Part shown: piece after piece, positions 25,622-35,700 of the stretch
Layout of the letters: every line of letters begins with the position of its first letter
How positions within the stretch are numbered: the first letter of the stretch is position 1
Assembly (NCBI GenBank): GCA_051362555.1
Contig: CM120644.1
Location: 12,794,567-12,858,566 of the forward strand
Source: Lingula anatina
Lineage: Eukaryota > Animalia > Brachiopoda
Direction of reading: 5' to 3'
Length of the DNA: 64,000 nucleotides
Notes under the pieces: model-generated
The model's database searches: none
Told to the model about the DNA's origin: nothing
The model's input: the letters and a program-made list of their open reading frames with translations, nothing else
Position numbers and translations under genes: made by a program

Positions 25622-28600
25622 GCTGTTTTCAGCTCATGTGTTCTTTGATGATGCAATGGAAGACACAGCAGAGGGTGAGAAAGCCTGTAACATCTTCGTT
25701 AAACAGATGGTGGATGTCATAGAGTTGGCTGCAACGTAAGTTCCATCAAGGCTTACGTTGTGTTTTGCTTCATTTTTCAGCTTAAGTTCTTCTCAACTGC
25801 AAAGAGATCGTAATTTTTGGCTAAGGATAATAGTTAAATAACAGTCTAAAAGACATTGATATATTCATGAAAGCACGAGTATTTAATAACACGTTTAATA
25901 CGTTGCGCATATACATGTAACCCTGCAGTGCGGTTCCCTTTTGATAATAGTCCTATGCATTGTTCAGATTAAACCTAGATATAAGACTATGGACGACACA
26001 TTTCAGCTGACCTTGTGATGTTATTTTAAAATTAAAATTCCTCTATCATCTCAAGGTCCATCCATCAGGCCGCCATGGTGATAGCGCCCCCTGTAAAGAC
26101 ACCCACGCCGTACGGCGGACGCTTGACCTGGACGCTCCCCGGGGGTAACCTGCTCTACGTGCACATCAAGGACAAGAACAAGATACGGCACAAGAAAAGG
26201 TGGTCGCAGGTAAATGACATGGTTGCAAGCTTATTTTAAACGTAATTATGTCAAAAATATCAGTTGTGTATTCGGTATGTTAATTGTACATGTACTAGGA
26301 CCTGGTTTTTATACTCGTCTTGTATATGTATGGCTGTGAGTAGTTCGATCTTGCCAAGTTTTGACGGCAGTGCATTTATCGGCTATAGCTGAATGCCTCT
26401 CTTATTGACGCGGAATAGTATACTGTTTTTAATAATGATATTGTAAGGAATATTTATAAATAATGTTAGCCATCACGACTCAGGCTCGTAGCCGGTGGGG
26501 GTGTGGTGTACGAATAAACCGCCCTTTTTGCTGGAAAAGGGTCTGCTCTGGGTAAAATTGATCTAGGTAGGCCTACACGAAAGTTTCACGGTAAAAGATC
26601 CACTTCTTCATCACCATAACCCCTAGGCATTCCTGAACATTTATCTGGTTCTCTCCCATAGGTAATGTACATGTACTACCTTTTGGGTTACCGTCTAATG
26701 GGCAACACGGATGAAGGTATATACTACGGTACGTCGGACGTTGGAGGTAATAAGGCCACGCAGCCTGACATGGACAATCCCATCTACCAGAGAAGTAGGA
26801 TATTCCGCCATATGAATCACGTTCAGCGACTACAGGTAAATTATGGTTTCCAGTCAATTTTTCTGTTCGTTTTCTGTTTATTATACATGTATGAAGGTAC
26901 TGACAGCTCTAAACCCATTGAGATTGGATATTACGAAGTTGTAGCTCAAATGAAGTGAATATAGGCCTACTGTAACAATAAGTTCGTCAATAAACAACCG
27001 CTATGTTTTAAAAGCTTGAAAGTAATTCTAACTGCACATGGAAGTTTGCATTCTAGCCTTCATTAAATATCTAAACACAGTTTTTATAAGAATCCGCTTG
27101 TTTTAGGCTGAGAACACATACTTGCTTACCCTGGACGGAGATATCGACTTCAAGGCAGAATCCGTCACTTTGCTGGTGGACAGGATGAAGAAGAACAAGA
27201 AAGTGGGAGCGGCTTGTGGACGTATTCATCCCATCGGCACTGGTACGAATGTGTGTGTGTGTGTGTGTGTGTGTGTGCTTGTGTGTGTTCGTTCATGTAA
27301 CTGCAAAAGGGTTTTATACCACACACTGGTTTAACCCCCCTTGGCAGGAGTAAGGCATATGCTTTTAATACATGCATTTTGTTTCATGTAATCAACAGTG
27401 CCATTCACGAACAGGGATACGTATGTGAACGTACTCTCCCCTTTTAAAATCGAAGGGATGGGTTTAATTCAACGCTTAGGGCTCATTTTCAATGAAAGTA
27501 TCGTTCTACGTAGATCGATGCAACTCAGCGGGGACTAGCACTGAATGCGATCAATTCAACAGATTAACACGCCTCCTCTTGTCTCCAAAGTACTAGTATA
27601 ATCACCAGCTTCTCTGTGTTCTACTCAACGCCATGAGGATGCGTGTTAACCTTTTAATCTTATTGCATTCAGCAAGAGTCCTCGCCGAATTGGATCGATC
27701 CACGTAGAACAATAGTTTCATTGAGTATTAACCCTTAGTTTTTTTCTAAAAAAATTGTTGAGATCGCATGTGCTAATATGCTTTTCTGTAGGCCCCATGG
27801 TGTGGTATCAGAAGTTCGAGTACGCCATTGGTCACTGGCTGCAGAAGGCTGCCGAGCACATGCTGGGATGTGTACTGTGTAGCCCGGGCTGTTTCTCTCT
27901 GTTCAGAGGATCCGCCATCATGGATGACAACGTTATGCGCACGTACGCCACCAAGTCCACTGAGGCACGCCACTACGTGCAGTACGATCAAGGTAATCAC
28001 GTCTAATATTTTTATTTATTTATTTATTCATTTAATAGCAGTTTAACGCTTTTTTTGTACGTAAATTTTTCAAGTACTAATTTTTCAATTAGATTTGGAT
28101 TTCCGGTGTTTGATGGCATCCCATCGGGCACTATCTAATTTAGTACAGGGCAAGATTTGTTTATTGGTACTGCTTGTACTGGTATGATGGAGGTTATTAC
28201 AAATTAACTGTTGTGTTCTGTCCCTAGTACATTACTATAAAATGTTATGTCAATATTTAGCACCACCAAGGTATCCCGGTATCTAGGAGACAAGGCACTT
28301 TGTGTGTACAGTAGTACTGTATTAATAATATTTTAGCATAATAGGTACTGGTAGATCCATACGTATGTGCGTCAAAGTCGTACACATTATCCTTGAAAGA
28401 GTGTATTGCACATGGTAGGCCCTATTGTTTCAATTTGTGAACACGTTTTAGGTGAAGACCGCTGGCTGTGCACTCTTCTCCTGCAGCAAGGCTACAAAGT
28501 GGAATACTGCGCAGCCGCCGACGCCTCAACCTACGCCCCTGAAACGTTCCGGGAGTTCTACAACCAGCGCCGTCGTTGGATCCCGTCAACTCTGGCCAAC

Positions 28601-31026
28601 ATGATGGACCTGTTGTCCGACTACAACCACACCGTGGGGGTCAACGATAACATTTCGTACCTGTACATCTTCTACCAGGCTGTCGTCATGGGTGCCAGTC
28701 TGCTCGCGCCGGCCACCGTTATCCTCATGGTCGCGGGTGCCATCCATGTCGTCATTGGCGGGAACCTCTACTGGCTGTGGCTAGGCATATCCGTTGGTGC
28801 TGGAGTTTTCTTCATGATCGTCTGCTTTCGAAGTAAATCAGGGACGCAGATCACCGTGGCAGCCTACATGAGTACGTTTTACGCCATTCTCATGTTGGCC
28901 GTCACGGTCGGTATTGTGGTTCAGACGGCACAGGACACTTGGACCAGTCCAAACGCCATGTTCATCATTGTTCTGATAGGGATATTCCTCTTAGCCGGGC
29001 TGTTGCATCCTGAAGAATTCCTGTGTCTCGTTCCGGGAACGCTTTATTTTCTATGCATCCCGTCGGGTTTCTTGTTGCTGTTTATCTACTCGCTCGTGAA
29101 CATGAACGTGGTCTCGTGGGGCACGAGGGAAATGCCGAAAGTGGACAGCAAGGATGAGCGGAAGGACCTGAAGGAACAGAAAGGAGGATGCGGCTCATCG
29201 AAGGATTTCCTCTGCAACTTCTGCTGCTGTATCAAAAGGAAGATCAGCAATATGTTCGGCGCGACAGAATCGAACGCTCAGCAGGCTGTGCCGCAGAAGG
29301 AAGAGATAGTCAGAACTGTAATGGAAGAGCTCGAAAAAATAGAAGCCGCCACCAACAGGAGTGACCGGTCTGGAGGTAAGAGTTTGTAGTGTTTTGGTAC
29401 AAGAACGGATTTAGGTAGGCGAAACTAAACTGCATGAAATGGGATACAGGAACTACCATAAGATCAGACTTGCCACAATAAGACTCAAAGGGAAAAACTT
29501 TCAAAATGACCAAAAGTAACCTTTTCGTTGTACATTTCCAAATTTATATAAAAAAGAACACGCAGGGGGTTTTCAGATAGTGAGAAATGGAATGTGTTCC
29601 CTTTGATACCTTTTGGTCCACAATCAATTAAGCCTCTTAATAAAATGTCAACAATTATATTCTCGGTTGTCAGACGTCTCCAACTTTCCTTTCCGTATAT
29701 TTTAGGTTATGCTACCCCCAATGCCAGGACCTATATGACGACCGAAGAGGCCCGAAACCCGCCGCCAATGTTCGGTAGCAGCACGGAGCGCACCCAGAGC
29801 ATCATCAGACAGCTGAACAGCATACACCGAGACATGAACCGACTTCCAGAAGATGACAACATAGACAAGTACAAGGATTCCGAGTCCATTTACGCAGCCG
29901 GCAGACCAACCTCCGCCTACAGGTAAATTATTAACAAAAATGTCCACCTCCTGCTATATATTATTTTTGTTTTACACTGGTGCGTTTTGGTATTTCTGAC
30001 AAATGCTGTTCAAGATAATGTGTAATAAAACGATCTGACAAATTATCAATGAAACCCAAATTTGACCTAGGCTGGAACAGAATCTGAATGTTTTAAAGAT
30101 TTTCACAAGTACCACTAAGTGCTTCAAACTGGATGTGCAAGGTAATGTCTTCTTACACCGTTCTGCCTTTTAAATAGGACATCAAATTACATTTCAGAGA
30201 TCCTTACTATCACCACACCTCCAGCGAGCCTCGTATCCAGAGAGACGACCTAGTCAATCCATTTTGGATTACTGAGAAAGAGCTAAAGCGAGGTCCGGTG
30301 AGATATCTCGACAACAGTGAAACGCAATTTTGGCAAAAACTCATCGAGAAATATCTCTACCCGCTTAACCACGACAAAACGCATGAGAAGAAGATCAGCG
30401 TTGACCTAAAGCGCCTTCGCAACAACGCATCCTTCCTGTTCTTCATGCTGAACTTTCTTTGGTTGTTCATCATCTTTCTCCTGCAGATCGTCCAGGATCA
30501 GTTGAAAGAAACACTCTACATCCGCGTTCCAAGGGCCAACGGGGAGGGCGAGCAGCGCCATTTTGAGCCTCTCAGCGTCGCCTTCCTTGTTTTCTTCGCT
30601 CTGATCATCCTGATCCAGTTCATCTCCATGTTGTTCCACAGGTACGGCACCTTCCTCCACATCCTTTCCTCCACCAGCCTCAGGTGCTGTAGCAAGAAGT
30701 ACCAGCCCATAGGCGTGGAGGAGGTAGTCGACGCGGTCAAAGAGCTTCAGAAGATCCGCGGAACCGTCATGGACGAGGACATGGAGTCGCAGTACGATTT
30801 CCCAGACGTCGACATCGAAGATACCAACCCGGATATTGTCAGCTCCAGCGGGGTGGACAGCCAGAGACGCAAGCGCCCCAAACATTACTCAAACAAGACT
30901 CTAAAAGGGGCCTTTGTAAAGCGATACAACGCGCTGTCCAAGAGAAGCGTCAGTAACAAGGGGCAAAACCGACGTCCAGGCGTCGCTGAGGTCTTCGACA
31001 ATATGGCGTTTGAGGACAATCTGTAG
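20677..31026 (+). CDS. CHS: Chitin synthase (GT2, metazoan type), ~1622 aa, 14 coding exons, no N-terminal myosin motor domain
   Basis: Exons 20677-20795 (GCCGCCATG Kozak), 21130-21331, 22593-22730, 22915-24230, 24440-24715, 24934-25013, 25633-25735, 26056-26209, 26662-26835, 27107-27242, 27792-27992, 28452-29375, 29706-29922, 30198-31026. All GT-AG with consistent phase (4869 nt). Hallmark motifs: WDVF, CATMWHET, FFDDA, TPYGGRL, KDKNKIRHKKRWSQ, LDGDIDF, QKFEY, SPGCFSLFR, GEDRW, QRRRW, SWGTRE. Confidence 0.97.
22465..22518. repeat. (CA)n/(GA)n microsatellite
   Basis: Read directly, in CHS intron 2. Confidence 0.9.
25106..25178 (-). tRNA. tRNA-Lys-CTT: tRNA-Lys (CTT), antisense within CHS intron 6
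   Basis: Minus strand GCCCGGTTAGCTCAGTCGGTAGAGCATGGGACTCTTAATCCCAGGGTCGTGGGTTCGAGCCCCACATTGGGCG, 73 nt. Intact A and B boxes, CTT anticodon, paired stems, and a TTTT Pol III terminator shortly downstream. Confidence 0.97.
25572..25621. repeat. (ATT)n microsatellite
   Basis: Read directly, just upstream of the CHS exon 7 acceptor. Confidence 0.9.
26481..26610 (+). mobile_element. Dispersed MITE-like repeat, (CA)GGCCCGTAGCC-end family, copy 1
   Basis: Shares the GCCCTTTTTG..GGAAAAGG..CTCTGGGTAAAA.TTGA core with copies at ~33261, ~35421-35845 (reverse) and ~47285. Confidence 0.65.
27250..27288. repeat. (GT)n microsatellite
   Basis: Read directly. Confidence 0.9.
27479..27734. mobile_element. 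Foldback MITE (PIF/Harbinger-like: GGG..CCC ends, TTA flanks), copy A
   Basis: About 100-bp self-complementary arms (CAATGAAA/TTTCATTG, GTTCTACGTAGATCGAT/ATCGATCCACGTAGAAC, TTAACACGCCTCCTC/GAGGATGCGTGTTAA) around a ~56-nt loop. TTA on both flanks. Confidence 0.75.
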
Positions 31027-32765
31027 CTGTAGCACGCACAAATTTCTCTGCAATTTACTCACATTATCTGAGAGAATTCCCTTTGTTTAAAAAAGAAAAC
31101 ATATTTATATCTAGAATCTGCCTGCATAATTATTAAATTTATTATTCTTTTTACGCAAATGCTCAGGCATATGCCAACAGCCGAAGATGTACAGATACAA
31201 TACGGATCTATAGAATTCCAGGGACACATCTTATATTATTCTCACATAAATAGTTGCTTTTGTTTTAACTACATTGTGCACAGGACTTCATAATATTTAT
31301 ATCATTTGTAGTGGAATGATCGCGTATCCTATTTATTCATTTTTTATCGATATTATAAACAACAAACTGCTTTTGGTTAAGTAATATATTGACAAAAACT
31401 ACATAAGGCGAGTTGAAGATACTAATTAGAGACTGGTCCGTATTTACCTTATTTAAAGACCTAAGTAAAATCAATACGCGTAGACGTAGGTGAATTTCTT
31501 AAAGAAGGAGCTTTTATTTCAGTTATTTTCAATCGATATTATAAACAATAATTTAAGATGCCATAGCTGTTTAACGACATCGCAGTGATGTTTTGTAGAA
31601 GTAAAATATTGTTTTTGTCGGCATTTATGTTAGTACTGAGAGCAATTCAATTTTTTTAATGCGGACGTACGTCAAAGTTACCAGAGTAGCAAAAGCAACC
31701 AAGCCCATGTTGCCACCAAACAAAACGATAGTTTACAACTGTTTTGTTACCGAGAAGTTAACAGACTCTGATGGTGAGAAAGCTTGCATATTTTATTATG
31801 GAAAAAAACTGCATGAAAGTGACCAGCGGCATCAATTGGACCAAATAGTTTAATTAAAGAGCTTAGAGTAAGTCATTTACCCCAATAATCAATTTTGAAC
31901 TCTCTGCCACAGGCCATTTTAGCTGTTACAAAATCGGACGTCCACCATCTAACTTTGTATGAGCTATGGCAGCCGTAAAAGGACCTATGGTACACAACAT
32001 AATATTAGTAAAGCATTCTATCCAATGAAAAGTCAAAAAGTGTGCATGAAACACTTTCACGCGACCTGGACCATCTGGATAACACATCTTAATAAATCGT
32101 GCCTTCGACGCCATCTGGGCCCCGAAAGGTATATAATGGAAAACCCATTTAGGATGAGAACGATTGTGCAAATTCAGTTCGCTAGTACCCGCTGTTTTGT
32201 GAAACGTTTACACAAACGAAGAAAACTACAGTAGCAAAAAGGTGATGCCTAGTGCTTCTTAATGTGGTAAATTACACAAATACATATGTGATGCAAAACT
32301 TTGGAGTAAATAAAAATTTAAAAACAAAATACGTGGCGGTGTCCTTATTTGGCTAACCTCGGGTAATTCCGTATCTCACTGAACGAAAACACCTTTATCA
32401 AAGTGTGTTTAAAGTTCCAAGTTCCATTTTCACTGTTGCGGAATACTAATATTAATAAGTACCAACACCAATCGGTTGTGCAACTGCCGTGTGACTTTAA
32501 TTATACCATCATGCTAACCAAATCTAATTAGCCAAACGCCTTACATTTTAAGAAAACGAAATAAGTGAAACAATCAGTATTATCCATGGACATTGGCAAA
32601 AATGCTTCATTATATTCCCAAACGTTTTGGGGAAGAAAATGTGTGACTAGAACCTATTCCTAAGAAGTCAAAGCTAAGACCTATCATCACAATATAGAGT
32701 TACTTATAAACAGCTGCCAGCTTACAAGACTTATCGGACGGCACCTTGATTGGCGGGATTTTCAA

Positions 32766-35700
32766 TCAGGTCATGTTACTGCAAAGTCCTATCTCAGTCG
32801 TTCCCGTGGACGCGTTTCGTATTTCATACATAACGTTTTCAACATACCCCAGGCTTCTCCAGTCATCACAGCTACTTGGGTCTGAAAAGAATCATATTAC
32901 TTCTCATTAATGTATTAATTTTATATTAATACGTCGGCCACACCAAGAGGCATGGTGGACCACGCCCCCTCCCCCTCCCACGCGATTACATATGTGGTGT
33001 TTAAAACAGAGAGGTACAGATAAGCAACGCAAAGCCTTGCGTACACTCACTTTCTATATTCAAGGTCGTGCAGCGAAGCTCTCCGACATAAACATGCACA
33101 TACTCCTGTTGCAAGTCCCCGGCCAAGCTCCGCAAATATCTAATAGGTAGTAACGCGCGTGTAGAGACAAAGCCTTCGTCACGGTGCCAATCTCCGTCCA
33201 GAGTGTCCGTATTGCAGGCCAGACCTAAAAGGAGAGGGAAATTAGTATTTTCATGTAACTGGCCCATAGCCAAGGGGTTCGGGAGGTTTTGAATGAACAG
33301 CCCTTTTTTTGGTGGGAAAAGGTCCGCTCTGGGTAAAAAATTGATATTAGGATACGGATGTTTCATGGTATCGATTTATAACCGGATTAAACCATCTAAG
33401 ACCCCATTCCCATAGACATCATCGGTCTAAGGGGATCTACCCAACTCTCTGGGTACTCTTGTAAAGTGCAAGCAGCTTAACTGAATAGCACGGCTCCTCT
33501 TGTTTCCAACATACTCGTATAAATACCAGCTTTTCTGTATTCTACTTAACGTCAGTAGGAAGAGTGTCACTCAGTTGAGCTGATTGGAGCCGCGAGAGCC
33601 CTTGCATAGTAAGGTCGGTCCATGTAGACCGGTGGAGTCTACGGAAATGGGGCATAAGCCTTTATGTCACTGACATCAAAAAGTGACATCAAAACTAGAC
33701 CAGACGTGGGGTTCTACGGCGCGATGGGTAACACAAGAAGGTCGTCCCATGACGTCATCTTCTGGAACAACAAGTCCCCCAGTCCTGCCAACAAAAAGAT
33801 AGAATTCCGTACCATTTTCACAAATATTGTAGTGTCCACAAAAGCAAGGGGCGGAGGAATCGCCCAGTGTCCAGTAGGATTGGAATTCGTTACTCCCCGG
33901 CGCCCACTGTTGTAAAGTACCCGCCCCTGTGGCGTTGCGAAGCCTTAATCTTAAGTACTGGTGACAGTGGCCGGACAACTTGACTACTGGGGCGATCTGG
34001 AAGGGCGGGGTCCGATAGAGTATTGTGTTTGTAACGTCTCTGAAAATAATAATAATAATAATAATAATAATAATCAGATAAGTAAATGTGAGTAAAAATA
34101 CAAATTGAAAAAAAAAAATAAATAAATAAGTAAATAAAAACATGGTGATCCCCTGCAGTGTTGTATTCCAATAATCTATCTCATCACTGAATTTGACATT
34201 AAATAGATTTTTTCTACGCACACTTGTTGTCTTTTAAATTTGTTGTGTTAGGTTGTTAACAGCATTTACGGACAAAAAGTCTACTCACAATAATATAATA
34301 ATAAAAGAATACCCCTAATCTACATTTAAAAAAAGAATCTCTGATTTCACAAAAATCTTACCCAGTTGATGCAGATTTCAGTGTCTTGCCCGGAGAAAAT
34401 GTCAGCTCAAACACTGACAAGGGTGGTTCATAGTCCATCTCACACCGGACTGAGAACGGCGGGAGGTACCCGTACGGGCCGTCTGTGTCTATGAGATACA
34501 CAAACGAGGTGTTTTTTCCCTGTTCTTTGTGGTCTTTGCAAGAAGTCTCCTGGATTTCTGAAATAATAATAATGATAATAATCTGAATATTCCTTCTGCC
34601 AGTTTAAATGCCAACCATGCTTTATCCCTCTTTTGTCTATCAGTCAGACGTGTACCCTGCTTTATTTAACAAGATTTCTTTCAGAACCATACAGTCTCTG
34701 AGGAGCAGTTTTAACAATTGTATCATACCACTCCAGATAACGGTCTTGTGCACCTCTAACGATGATCGAATTACGCTTTTCTGTAAATATTCGTTTCAAT
34801 AAGGTGACTAAACAATAAAAGCTGTCAAATCTACTAATTCTAAGTATTTTAGTATCGATTTCCACTATTTTAGGTATTGTTCGTTTATTAATAGTTAGTT
34901 AAACAATGGATCAACGTGTTTCGAGTACAGTTGACTTAATGTTGTTAACCGTGACAACAATTATGCTTTCATGACAAATTACGCCATTGGAATCGAGTGT
35001 AGAAACGTAAATAAAAATAAATATCGATTGACATCTTTACAATCGTCTTCTTAGGATCCAATGTCGGAAACGGTATGCCTGCTTTGAAAGTCAAATAGCA
35101 ATGTGTTAATGCGTTTCACAAGACATGAGGCGTGTTCATATATCCGAGTTGCGTCCACCCTTCTCTATGTGACCCAGCGTTGTGGTCCTTTCATATTAGA
35201 ATTGACAATCAAAAGCAGCGAATGAAACCCCTTGGATTAATGTTAGACACTTAATCTGAAGCTATACGCTTGTCGTGGCCCATAAGAAAAGAGAGAGATG
35301 CCGTTTGCTGTCAGGGCAGAGCTAAACTAAGTCGGACCGTGCACCGTGTTGGGTCATACCGAGGAAAGTCGACCCAACTTGCATTGGTTGTGAACGCGTC
35401 TTGGGGTCGATTGAATGAAAGGCCCGTAGCCAGCAATTTTAAATCGAGGTGGGGTGGGTTCATTTTCTGAAAGAGTGGATCCTTTACCATGAAGCCGTCG
35501 TACACCTACACCTATCGTGCACCTACACACACTGGACAATAGAAGTGTCACCTCCTGAATCAGAGTAAACAAAGTTATAATGCCTGGTCTACTTATAATG
35601 TGACTAATGAGTATAAAACCGCTGTACCATGGAATTGTATTGTTGGTCTTTTTGTGAAATTTGATGTTAATAAAATGATACCAGGAGCATATCATTCCAC

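Noticed and set aside
30406-30885. 159-aa minus-strand ORF (also 23453-23902 and 27773-28000)
   Set aside because: Antisense or alternate-frame shadows of GC-rich CHS exons with no recognisable motifs.
31926-32234. Paired opposite-strand ORFs between CHS and the PAN gene
   Set aside because: No domain signal; the region lies in the convergent 3'UTR/intergenic space.
33676-33812. Read-through of PAN-gene exon 3 to the stop at 33676
   Set aside because: Splicing at AATG|GTACGG to 33224 completes the fibrinogen-like domain in phase, which is a much better model.
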